NCBI GenBank assembly: GCA_964614345.1
Contig: CAZTLP010000004.1
Span: 2,491-66,490 of the forward strand
Length of the DNA: 64,000 bases
Direction of reading: 5' to 3'
DNA from: an uncultured Gammaproteobacteria bacterium
GTDB taxonomy: Bacteria; Pseudomonadota; Gammaproteobacteria; Magnimaribacterales; Magnimaribacteraceae
Shown piece by piece: positions 39,862 through 48,426 of this stretch. Numbering within the stretch: position 1 is the stretch's first letter; every line of letters begins with the position of its first letter. The position numbers and the translations under genes were made by a program. The notes under the pieces are model-generated. The model saw nothing but the letters and a program-made list of their open reading frames with translations, did no database searches and had not been told where the DNA came from.

Positions 39862-40724
39862 AAAATATAGGTTTTATAGGTCTTGGTGTCATGGGGGCGC
39901 CAATGGCTGGGCATATATCAAATGCAGGATACAGTCTAAAAGTTTTTAATCGAACTAAAGAGAAATCAGAACTCTGGAAAAAAGAGTACTCAGGTGAAGT
40001 CATGCTTTCTCCAGCTGAATTAGCTGAAAGTTGCGACATGGTTTTTTTGTGTGTTGGTAATGATCAAGATGTTGAAGAAATCGTAAAAGGAAAAAATGGG
40101 GTTCTGGAAGGATTAAAAGCAGGAGGAATTATCATTGATCACACTACCACCTCATCAGTTTTAGCTAAAAACATGTCTGCAAGCTCGTATGAAAAAGAAG
40201 TTTCCTTTATCGATGCACCTGTTTCAGGTGGAGAGATAGGTGCCAAAGAAGGAACATTGACTGTTATGGCTGGAGGAGATGAAGAGGCGTTTACATCTAG
40301 CACTGAAGTGATCAATCTTTATTCTAAATATTGTAAAAGAATGGGGGACTCTGGATCAGGACAGCTCACTAAAATGGTTAATCAAATCTGTATTGCGGGC
40401 TTAATCCAGGGGTTAGCAGAAGGTATGCATTTCTCAGAAAAAGCAGGACTAGATACTAAAGAGGTTATAGAGGTTATTTCAAAAGGAGCAGCTCAATCAT
40501 GGCAAATGGAGAATAGATGGGAAACTATGTTGTCGGATTATTATGAGCATGGATTTGCCGTGGATTGGATGAGAAAAGATCTAGGCTTTGTTCTAGAAGA
40601 AGCTTTAGACAATGGATCTAAGTTGGAGGTTACATCTCTTGTGGATACCTTTTATGCAGAAATACAACAATTAGGAGGAGGAAGATGGGATACCTCAAGC
40701 CTATTTAGGAGGTTAAGAAGTTAA
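39858..40724 (+). CDS. NAD(P)-dependent beta-hydroxyacid dehydrogenase (3-hydroxyisobutyrate/tartronate semialdehyde reductase family)
   Basis: 288 aa. Rossmann motif IGFIGLGVMGAPMAGH, DAPVSGG, and the GSGQLTKMVNQ block of the HIBADH family. Confidence 0.85.
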   Translation: MKNIGFIGLGVMGAPMAGHISNAGYSLKVFNRTKEKSELWKKEYSGEVMLSPAELAESCDMVFLCVGNDQDVEEIVKGKNGVLEGLKAGGIIIDHTTTSSVLAKNMSASSYEKEVSFIDAPVSGGEIGAKEGTLTVMAGGDEEAFTSSTEVINLYSKYCKRMGDSGSGQLTKMVNQICIAGLIQGLAEGMHFSEKAGLDTKEVIEVISKGAAQSWQMENRWETMLSDYYEHGFAVDWMRKDLGFVLEEALDNGSKLEVTSLVDTFYAEIQQLGGGRWDTSSLFRRLRS

Positions 40725-41665
40725 TGAGCTCCTTTCCGGGTCCAGATAGTGAGTTTTGTAAAAATCTTTTTAAAGAGACTAAAACAAGCTTGTATGAATT
40801 AGCTGAAAAGTTAGAAATTCATTCAATCTCAAAAAATTTTTTTACAGAAATAGTTATTCCTTTAACGAGTTTTTTTTACTCTCTAGAAAATAGAAATAAA
40901 CCTTATTTCATTTGCTTTACAGGAGGCCAGGGTTCAGGGAAAACAACCCTGTCTGACTTTGTGCAGTTAGTTCTTAAAGAAGGCTGCAACAAAAAGAGTA
41001 TCGGGTTTTCCATAGATGACATATACAAGACCCCAGAAGAAAGAGAGAGCTTAGCTAAATCTATCCATCCTCTTTGCAAAGTTAGAGGAGTACCCGGAAC
41101 GCATGACATTAGCCTAGGGCTAGATACTTTAGACAGTCTTGTAGAAGCTAATGATTCTTCTCTTACGCCCATACCTTCTTTCTCTAAGCCTTTGGATAGG
41201 CATCTTCCTAAAGATTCTTGGCCTGTTTACAAAGGGAAACCAGATTTTATTTTTTTTGATGCTTGGTGTGGAGGAGCCAGGCCAGTTTCAACAGAAAACT
41301 GGCAACTACCCATGAATACACTTGAAAGAGAAGAAGATCCAAAAGGGGTTTGGTCAAAGTGGAGTAATAATGAATTGGCTGGTGATTATCAAGTTCTATT
41401 CAATAGATTCGATCTTTTGTTGATGATTAAAGTGCCAAACATGGAACATGTCTACGAGAGTAGGTGGCTTCAAGAGCAAACTTTAGAAAAAACACTCAAA
41501 GACCCAGAATTAAAAAGGAAAATAATGAGTAAACAGGAAGTATTTAGGTTTGTTATGCATTACGAAAGATTAACTCGTTATATATTAGAAGAAATGCCTT
41601 CATTTGCAGATATTGTTCTAGAGAGGGATAAAGGATTTAATTTCTCTTTCCTTAAAACTCCTTAG
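40724..41665 (+). CDS. P-loop kinase resembling plant/yeast-type D-glycerate 3-kinase (GLYK)
   Basis: 313 aa with the Walker A motif FTGGQGSGKTTL (GLYK homologues have PQG(C/S)GK(T/S)). Its ATG shares one base with the preceding stop (TAATG). The family assignment is from memory. Confidence 0.5.
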   Translation: MSSFPGPDSEFCKNLFKETKTSLYELAEKLEIHSISKNFFTEIVIPLTSFFYSLENRNKPYFICFTGGQGSGKTTLSDFVQLVLKEGCNKKSIGFSIDDIYKTPEERESLAKSIHPLCKVRGVPGTHDISLGLDTLDSLVEANDSSLTPIPSFSKPLDRHLPKDSWPVYKGKPDFIFFDAWCGGARPVSTENWQLPMNTLEREEDPKGVWSKWSNNELAGDYQVLFNRFDLLLMIKVPNMEHVYESRWLQEQTLEKTLKDPELKRKIMSKQEVFRFVMHYERLTRYILEEMPSFADIVLERDKGFNFSFLKTP

Positions 41666-41754
41666 ATGTTGATTATATTGGGAATTCTTGACTTCACATA
41701 TTCTGGTGTCAAAATGCGCCACCTTCAGCTTTTTGCTGATTGCGGGTACTTATT

Positions 41755-43503
41755 ATGAGTAAAGAAAAATTATCTGGAGGAGAAGCCCTTATGAGGTCCC
41801 TTCAAGACGAGGGAATAGAGCTGGTGTTTGGGTATCCTGGCGGAGCTTCTCTGCATATTTATGATGCTTTATTTAACCAACAAGCAGTTCAGCATGTTTT
41901 AGTTAGGCATGAACAGGGGGCAGTACACGCAGCTGATGGGTATGCAAGAAGTACAGGGAAGGCCGGTGTAGTTTTTGTTACTTCAGGCCCGGGCGCCACT
42001 AATGCCATTACAGGTCTAGCTACTGCCTATATGGATTCAACTCCTGTAATAGTAATTTCTGGTCAGGTTAAAAGTCACCTTATAGGAACAGACTCATTTC
42101 AAGAAACTGACATGATTGGCGTATCTCGACCAGTTGTTAAGCATAGTTTTTTGGCTCAGAGAGCTGAAGATATTCCGATGATCATTAAGAAAGCATTTCA
42201 TATTGCGACCACAGGCAGGCCGGGTCCAGTGGTCATAGATATTCCTAAAGACGTTACAGATCCAGACTATAAGTTTGATTACAGTTACCCCAAAGATGTA
42301 GACATAAGATCTTATAACCCAGTAGAAGAAGGTCATTCAGGTCAAATAAGAAAAGCTGCAAAACTTTTACTAAATTCAGAGAGACCCGTAATTTACAGTG
42401 GGGGAGGTGTAATTCAGAATGATGCCTCTGAAGAATTAACCTCGCTGGTTCAATTTCTAGACTTCCCTGTAACTAATACCCTTATGGGGCTAGGAGCTTA
42501 CCCAGGCACAGACAAAAACTTTTTAGGCATGTTAGGTATGCACGGTACTTATGAAGCCAACATGGCCATGCATAACTGTGACTTGATTCTTGCTGTTGGG
42601 GCAAGGTTCGATGATCGAATAACTAATGACCCAGCTCAATTTGCTTTAAGTGCAAAAAAAATTCATATCGATATAGACCCAGCTTCGCTATCTAAGATCA
42701 TTAAGGCTGATGTCCCAATTGTAGGTTCAGCTAAAACTTGTTTAGATCAACTATTAAAAGAACTAAAGAAAAATGAATCTAAATTAGATAAGAACAAAAT
42801 TGAACCTTGGCGTAAACAAATCAAAGAATGGCGTAAAGAGCATGGTTTAAATCATCAAATGTTAGAAGATGCAGTTAGTAGTAAAAAAATTCTACCGCAG
42901 CATGTAATTCAGTCTTTATATAAGGAAACTAAAGGCGATGCTTATGTTACTTCTGATGTTGGTCAACACCAGATGTTTGCCGCCCAGTATTATCACTTCG
43001 ATAAACCAAGGCGCTGGATAAATTCAGGGGGATTAGGAACAATGGGTTTCGGATTACCAGCAGCTATGGGAGTTCAGTTAGCTTTTCCTAATTCAACTGT
43101 TGCTTGCGTAACTGGAGAAGGCAGTATCCAAATGTGTATACAAGAGCTCTCTACATGTCTTCAATACGATTTACCAATAAAGATTATTAATCTAAATAAT
43201 TCTGCTCTCGGTATGGTTAAGCAATGGCAGGACATGCAATATGGTGGCAGACTCTCCCAAAGTACTTACGAGGACTCCTTACCAGATTTTGCAAAATTAA
43301 CAGAATCATTTGGTCATGTGGGATTAAGAGTCGAGAAACCTGAAGAATTAGAATCAGCCATGAAGAAATGCTTTGAATTAAAAGATAAATTAGTTTTTCT
43401 TGATATTGTTATTGATGAAGACGAACATGTTTATCCTATGTTAGAGGCTGGCATGGCCATGGATTCGATGTGGATAGATAAAAAAACAAAGACTTGGGAA
43501 TGA
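41755..43503 (+). CDS. ilvI: Acetolactate synthase, large (catalytic) subunit
   Basis: The ATG at 41755 (MSKEKLSGGEALMRSL) is the preferred start. ThDP enzyme blocks are VFGYPGGASLHIYDAL and GGLGTMGFGLPAAMG. Followed by the small subunit gene. Confidence 0.93.
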   Translation: MSKEKLSGGEALMRSLQDEGIELVFGYPGGASLHIYDALFNQQAVQHVLVRHEQGAVHAADGYARSTGKAGVVFVTSGPGATNAITGLATAYMDSTPVIVISGQVKSHLIGTDSFQETDMIGVSRPVVKHSFLAQRAEDIPMIIKKAFHIATTGRPGPVVIDIPKDVTDPDYKFDYSYPKDVDIRSYNPVEEGHSGQIRKAAKLLLNSERPVIYSGGGVIQNDASEELTSLVQFLDFPVTNTLMGLGAYPGTDKNFLGMLGMHGTYEANMAMHNCDLILAVGARFDDRITNDPAQFALSAKKIHIDIDPASLSKIIKADVPIVGSAKTCLDQLLKELKKNESKLDKNKIEPWRKQIKEWRKEHGLNHQMLEDAVSSKKILPQHVIQSLYKETKGDAYVTSDVGQHQMFAAQYYHFDKPRRWINSGGLGTMGFGLPAAMGVQLAFPNSTVACVTGEGSIQMCIQELSTCLQYDLPIKIINLNNSALGMVKQWQDMQYGGRLSQSTYEDSLPDFAKLTESFGHVGLRVEKPEELESAMKKCFELKDKLVFLDIVIDEDEHVYPMLEAGMAMDSMWIDKKTKTWE

Positions 43504-43979
43504 AGAGAGTTATTGCATTGTTAATGGAAAATCAACCTGGCGCTTTGTCTAGAGTTGTAGGACTGTTCTCTCAAAGAGGCTATAACATTGAATCATTAAT
43601 CGTTGCCCCGACTGAAGATCCCTCTTTATCCAGATTAACTATGACAACTCATGGAGACTCTCAAGTAGTTGAGCAAATTACCAAGCAATTAAATAAACTT
43701 ATTGATGTAGTTAAGGTACTGGACTTATCTCTAGAAGAATATGTAGGAAGAGAGCTCTTACTTATAAAAATGGAATTTTCAGAGAAAGCCGAAGCTGAGG
43801 TATCAAGTTTAGGAGGACAAGTTTTATTCAAAGATGACAATCTTCTAAATGTTGAATTTGTAGGAACCTCAGAAGAATTAGATGAAATAGTTACCTTATT
43901 GGCTAAATTAAACCCTTTGGAAGTAGTAAGAACAGGACTTTCAGGTATATCCTCTACAGCAAAAACCTTAACAATCTAA
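43494..43979 (+). CDS. ilvH: Acetolactate synthase, small (regulatory) subunit
   Basis: 161 aa with the ACT domain start ALLMENQPGALSRVVGLFSQRGYNIESL. The start may be the Met at 43500. Confidence 0.9.
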   Translation: MGMKRVIALLMENQPGALSRVVGLFSQRGYNIESLIVAPTEDPSLSRLTMTTHGDSQVVEQITKQLNKLIDVVKVLDLSLEEYVGRELLLIKMEFSEKAEAEVSSLGGQVLFKDDNLLNVEFVGTSEELDEIVTLLAKLNPLEVVRTGLSGISSTAKTLTI

Positions 43980-45026
<1,047 letters not shown>

Positions 45027-45031
45027 ATCAA

Positions 45032-45814
45032 GTGTCCAAAAAACCAGAAAACTTAGATCTTTATGACGAGCATGAAGAAGTTGTTTCTGAAGGTGGAAAA
45101 AAAGTTAGAAGACGAGGTATATTTCTATTACCTAATCTTTTAACGACAGCCTCTTTATTTGCAGGATTCTTTTCTATAGTTTCTTCAGTCGAAGGAAACT
45201 TTATTAATGCATGTGTGGCAATATTCGTCGCACAAATTTTTGATGGTTTGGATGGTAGGGTAGCAAGACTGGCTAAAGCAGAGAGTCAATTTGGAGCTCA
45301 ATACGACAGTCTCAGTGACGTTATTTCATTTGGACTTGCTCCTGCTCTTTGTATATTTCTTTGGGGTTTGAATTCACTAGGCCAAGCTGGCTGGGTCTTT
45401 TCATTTTTATTTGTTGCTGCTGCAGCCCTTAGACTAGCTAGATTTAATACGAACATTGGATCAGAAGATAAGTTTTTTAAGGGTCTGCCAAGTCCAGTCG
45501 CAGCAGGTTTAATTATCTATTATGTATGGTACTTAAGTTCTTTGGGTCTGCAGGGTGAAAGTGTATTTCCAACTTTAGCAATCATTAGTGCTAGCGTAAC
45601 TGGTATAACAGCTATCTTAATGGTAGTTAATGTTCCTTACTATAGTTTCAAAGAGATTGAGATGAAGAGAAGAGTGCCTTTCTTTTCTATATTAATGGTG
45701 GTCTTCCTTTTTGCTTTAATTTCTCTTGATCCACCCCTTGTCCTTCTTACCTGTGCATTTCTCTATATTTTATCCGGCCCTATTATTTGGATAGTAAAAA
45801 CCTTACGGAACTAA
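45032..45814 (+). CDS. pssA: CDP-diacylglycerol-serine O-phosphatidyltransferase (type II)
   Basis: 260 aa with a GTG start. CDP-alcohol phosphatidyltransferase motif DGLDGRVARL...G...DSLSD. Multi-pass membrane protein. Confidence 0.8.
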   Translation: MSKKPENLDLYDEHEEVVSEGGKKVRRRGIFLLPNLLTTASLFAGFFSIVSSVEGNFINACVAIFVAQIFDGLDGRVARLAKAESQFGAQYDSLSDVISFGLAPALCIFLWGLNSLGQAGWVFSFLFVAAAALRLARFNTNIGSEDKFFKGLPSPVAAGLIIYYVWYLSSLGLQGESVFPTLAIISASVTGITAILMVVNVPYYSFKEIEMKRRVPFFSILMVVFLFALISLDPPLVLLTCAFLYILSGPIIWIVKTLRN

Positions 45815-45848
45815 CTTATTCATTGTAAGATTCGCCCTCCACGCAAGT

Positions 45849-45925
45849 GGGTCTGTAGCTCAGTTGGTCAGAGCGCACCCCTGATAAGGGTGAGGTCGGA
45901 AGTTCAAGTCTTCCCAGACCCACCA
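45849..45925 (+). tRNA. tRNA-Ile (anticodon GAU), with encoded CCA
   Basis: A manual cloverleaf fits. Acceptor GGGTCTG/CAGACCC; D stem GCTC/GAGC; anticodon stem CACCC/GGGTG with loop CTGATAA; T stem GGAAG/CTTCC with loop TTCAAGT; discriminator A plus CCA. Confidence 0.95.
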
Positions 45926-45953
45926 GTTTCCTCAAGTTAGATAAGGGTTTCAG

Positions 45954-45981
45954 AGAGTTTCATGGTTGAAACTCTTTTTTT
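45954..45981 (+). terminator. Rho-independent terminator downstream of tRNA-Ile
   Basis: AGAGTTTCA (45954-45962), loop TGGT, TGAAACTCT (45967-45975), followed by a run of T residues. Confidence 0.6.
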
Positions 45982-45987
45982 ATTTCT

Positions 45988-46005
45988 ATTCACACTTATT
46001 CACAC
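45988..46005 (+). repeat. Direct repeat ATTCACAC x2 (10-bp register), left arm of the mini-island
   Basis: ATTCACAC at 45988-45995 and at 45998-46005. The same octamer occurs twice again at 47430-47453. Confidence 0.7.
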
Positions 46006-46032
46006 AGTAAATAATATGTTCGGATGAACATT

Positions 46033-46052
46033 TTTTGTTCTGTAGAACAAAA
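46033..46052. repeat. Inverted repeat TTTTGTTCT-gt-AGAACAAAA
   Basis: Perfect 9-bp arms with a 2-nt spacer. It shares the core TGTTCTG.AGAACA with the palindrome at 47342-47365. GATGAAC copies flank it at 46023 and 46061. Confidence 0.7.
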
Positions 46053-46072
46053 TTCATTAAGATGAACCTTGT

Positions 46073-46118
46073 ACCTACTTAGCTCAGTTTTGGTAGAGCA
46101 GAAGACTCTTAAGCTCAA
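46073..46118 (+). other. tRNA-like 5' fragment (D-arm-like sequence), probably a degenerate remnant
   Basis: AGCTCAGTTTTGGTAGAGCA at 46081-46100 is a near-canonical D-arm. The following sequence (GAAGACTCTTAAGCTC) does not fold into an anticodon arm, and there is no T-arm. Confidence 0.25.
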
Positions 46119-46152
46119 AAATGCATTCATTAAAGTTTGGTATAGTTAGAAA

Positions 46153-46239
46153 ATGAAAAAAACTTCCTTAACCCTATCCCTCCTGCTAATCCTGTTTGCT
46201 GGTTGTTCATTCAGAAATAATTCCTGCTATATTAATTAA
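46153..46239 (+). CDS. Possible 28-aa mini-lipoprotein ORF
   Basis: MKKTSLTLSLLLILFAGCSFRNNSCYIN has a textbook lipoprotein signal with lipobox LFAGC and an 11-residue mature peptide containing two Cys. The ribosome-binding site is weak. It could be the stub of a truncated gene. Confidence 0.2.
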   Translation: MKKTSLTLSLLLILFAGCSFRNNSCYIN

Positions 46240-46303
46240 TTTTTAGATTTATCTCTTAAAAATAAGTTCCCAATACTATAATTAGAGAATCAGGAACAGG
46301 ATC

Positions 46304-47284
46304 GTGTCAGTAATTGAAGCAGAGAGAATCATTGCCAACCATGAGCGTATGCCTCATTCACCAGAGTATGAGAATGGTTCGGCATACACGCAAGACACGT
46401 ATCGTCCGATTGAGCAAGGTGTAGTGCCAATCACAGATGCTGGGTTTATCCACGCAGATGCAGCTTATGATGTGGTCAGCGCTAGCGCTGGATATATGTT
46501 CCGTTTGCAGGATCACATCAAGCGATTTACAGAATCTTGTGCAAAGTTTAGGTTAGAAAACCCTTACAGTGAGGCTCAAACAGAAGAGATTCTGAACAAT
46601 CTCGTTCGATTGGCCGGATTGAAGGATGCATACATCTGGTGGGCTGTAACGAGGGGTGAACTCGAAGAGGGCGACCGTGTCTCAGCCCAATATAAAAATA
46701 AGTTCTATGCGTTCGTGACGCCCTATATGTTTATTCATGGGGATAAACTCCGAACCCGTGGCGCCAAAGTTAAGATCAGTACCGAATTTAAGAGAATACC
46801 AAAAGAATCAGTAGACCCTACAGCCAAGAACTTCCATTGGATGGATATGAAACTGTCCTTGTTTGAGGCAATTATGTCTGGTGCCGAGTGGTCAGTGCTC
46901 ACCGATTTTGACGGTAATCTCACTGAAGCGCCCGGCTGCAACATATTTCTAATCAAGGATGGTGTGCTCAAGACACCGGATGATGGTTGTCTTGAAGGTA
47001 TCACGCGCCAAACGGTTTTCGATCTTGCCGAAGAACTTGAGGTAAAGCTAGAAGTGACAAAGATTCCGGTGCAGGAACTAGTCGATGCCGATGAAGCATT
47101 CTTAACCTCGACTGCGGGTGGCATTATGCCTGTTACGTCAGTTAACGAACGGCTATTAGGCGGACTCAATGGACCCGGCGAGATAACAACCCAGCTACAC
47201 AACCTCTACTGGGAGAAGCGTTGGGCTGGATGGCTGGGTACGCCGATTGATTACAGATGCGGAGCAACAAAAGAAAAAACGTGA
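46304..47284 (+). CDS. Fold type IV (class IV) aminotransferase, resembling (R)-selective amine transaminases and BCAT/DAAT relatives
   Basis: 326 aa with a GTG start. Blocks recalled as shared with fungal R-selective transaminases: HIKRFTESCAKFRL, DPTAKNFHWMDM, LTEAPGCNIFLIKDGVLKTPD..CLEGITRQTV and TSTAGGIMPVTSV. G+C is markedly higher than in the surroundings. Confidence 0.85.
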   Translation: MSVIEAERIIANHERMPHSPEYENGSAYTQDTYRPIEQGVVPITDAGFIHADAAYDVVSASAGYMFRLQDHIKRFTESCAKFRLENPYSEAQTEEILNNLVRLAGLKDAYIWWAVTRGELEEGDRVSAQYKNKFYAFVTPYMFIHGDKLRTRGAKVKISTEFKRIPKESVDPTAKNFHWMDMKLSLFEAIMSGAEWSVLTDFDGNLTEAPGCNIFLIKDGVLKTPDDGCLEGITRQTVFDLAEELEVKLEVTKIPVQELVDADEAFLTSTAGGIMPVTSVNERLLGGLNGPGEITTQLHNLYWEKRWAGWLGTPIDYRCGATKEKT

Positions 47285-47341
47285 GGAGAAGATAAAAAAA
47301 ACAAGAAAATTCTAAAACCTAACCAAACCTCCCTGCTGCTG

Positions 47342-47365
47342 TTCGTTGTTCTGCAGAACAACGAA
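47342..47365. repeat. Perfect 24-bp palindrome TTCGTTGTTCTGCAGAACAACGAA
   Basis: Self-complementary over all 24 nt and located 58 nt after the aminotransferase stop. It has no trailing T-run, so it is not an obvious terminator. Confidence 0.8.
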
Positions 47366-47429
47366 TTGAGATAAACAATATTTTAGTGTTCACATTTCGC
47401 TGAGAAACGACACAATAAAGTACCAAAAT

Positions 47430-47453
47430 ATTCACACTAGTATTCACACTAGT
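47430..47453 (+). repeat. Tandem direct repeat ATTCACACTAGT x2, right arm of the mini-island
   Basis: Two perfect 12-nt units, ending about 47 nt before the 45-nt tRNA-derived repeat. Confidence 0.8.
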
Positions 47454-47500
47454 TGAATGTAACCCCTATAGGTATAAGGTTTTGATGTACGAACAAGACA

Positions 47501-47545
47501 CTGATAAGGGTGAGGTCGGAAGTTCAAGTCTTCCCAGACCCACCA
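47501..47545 (+). repeat. 45-nt direct copy of the tRNA-Ile 3' end (att scar)
   Basis: Identical to 45881-45925 (anticodon loop through CCA). No matching tRNA 5' half lies upstream of it. Confidence 0.9.
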
Positions 47546-47602
47546 ATTGTTTCATTTATATCTGTGTTATTCTTATTTTTAAATATTAATAAGGAGAAAT
47601 TA

Positions 47603-48337
47603 ATGAAATATTTACTAACTATAATCTTATCATTTGGATGTTTTGCGCTTGCCAATGCTTCTGAACTACCCCCATCAGTCAGTGCAGAATATTTTGGATG
47701 TAAATTGGATGATAATAAGGATTTAAATGATTTAAACACTTGGGTAAAGAAATGGAATAGATGGATGGACTCAAGTGATTTAGGCGAATATGAAGCTAGT
47801 CTTTTAACTCCTTTATATAGATCTCCAAATGACGAGCTCGATTTTATGTGGGTTGGAAGGACTAATAGCTGGAAGGAACTAGCTAGAGGGCAATCAGCTT
47901 ATAGGTCTTCAGGTTTAGCAGATACTTTCCCAGCAAAATCTTGTCCGTTTAGCTTCATTGCTAGGCAGATACCTGTAAACGGAACTGACTTTAGAGATCA
48001 AATGAACCAGGATGAATTTGTTGCAGCATACTGGCTTTGTAACATAGAAAAAGGAAAATCAATTGAAGATGTTTATTCTTTACAAGAGAGAAGAATGAAA
48101 AATATATCTGAAAGTGGAAACGCGATTGCTTCAAGGATTGTTGTTCCAAGACAGGGAACTCCTGAAGCTATAAGAGATTACGATTTTGTAATGCTTTATG
48201 TTTCACCTAGCTTAGAACAGTGGGGAGCTAATGTAGATAACTACGTAACAAATATCCAAGGTTCTGAAGAAGATTCTATGGATGGAGTTTTTAATTGTGA
48301 CCATTCTACTGTCTATGTAGGACGAACTGTAAGATAA
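47603..48337 (+). CDS. Secreted protein of unknown function with an internal two-domain duplication
   Basis: The ATG at 47603 is preceded by AAGGAG (47591-47596). Signal peptide MKYLLTIILSFGCFALANA. Two ~105-aa halves share the pattern aromatic-x-C...W...LDF(M/V)...C. The longer start in the ORF track reads through the att repeat. Confidence 0.6.
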   Translation: MKYLLTIILSFGCFALANASELPPSVSAEYFGCKLDDNKDLNDLNTWVKKWNRWMDSSDLGEYEASLLTPLYRSPNDELDFMWVGRTNSWKELARGQSAYRSSGLADTFPAKSCPFSFIARQIPVNGTDFRDQMNQDEFVAAYWLCNIEKGKSIEDVYSLQERRMKNISESGNAIASRIVVPRQGTPEAIRDYDFVMLYVSPSLEQWGANVDNYVTNIQGSEEDSMDGVFNCDHSTVYVGRTVR

Positions 48338-48342
48338 AAAAA

Positions 48343-48366
48343 AGAGCCCGAAAGGGCTCTTTTTTG
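48343..48366 (+). terminator. Rho-independent terminator
   Basis: GAGCCC-GAAA-GGGCTC hairpin followed by TTTTTT, immediately after the stop at 48337. Confidence 0.8.
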
Positions 48367-48426
48367 GTTGAGGTTAGAAGATTAAATCTTCCTTGACCCA
48401 GAAACTTAATAGCGAGGTAAGATTTA

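Larger units (their letters stand above)
45926..47545. mobile_element. Integrase-less mini-island (~1.6 kb) inserted at the 3' end of tRNA-Ile
   Basis: Bounded by the tRNA 3' end and a 45/45-nt identical direct copy at 47501-47545. Its single large gene has clearly higher G+C (49 of 100 nt hand-counted at 46561-46660, against 33 and 31 in flanking samples). Confidence 0.5.

Noticed and set aside
41740-41754. TTG start for ilvI given in the ORF track
   Set aside because: The ATG at 41755 gives the usual MSKEKLSG-type N-terminus, and the five extra codons have no support.
46735-47202. 155-aa ORF antisense to the class IV aminotransferase gene
   Set aside because: It lies entirely within the clearly homologous plus-strand gene. 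Long stop-free antisense frames are expected in the G+C-richer segment. It has no motifs and a low-complexity Ser/Pro-rich composition.
47510-47602. N-terminal extension of the secreted-protein ORF that reads through the tRNA-derived repeat
   Set aside because: The extension translates att-scar DNA. A strong AAGGAG site and a signal peptide begin at the ATG at 47603.
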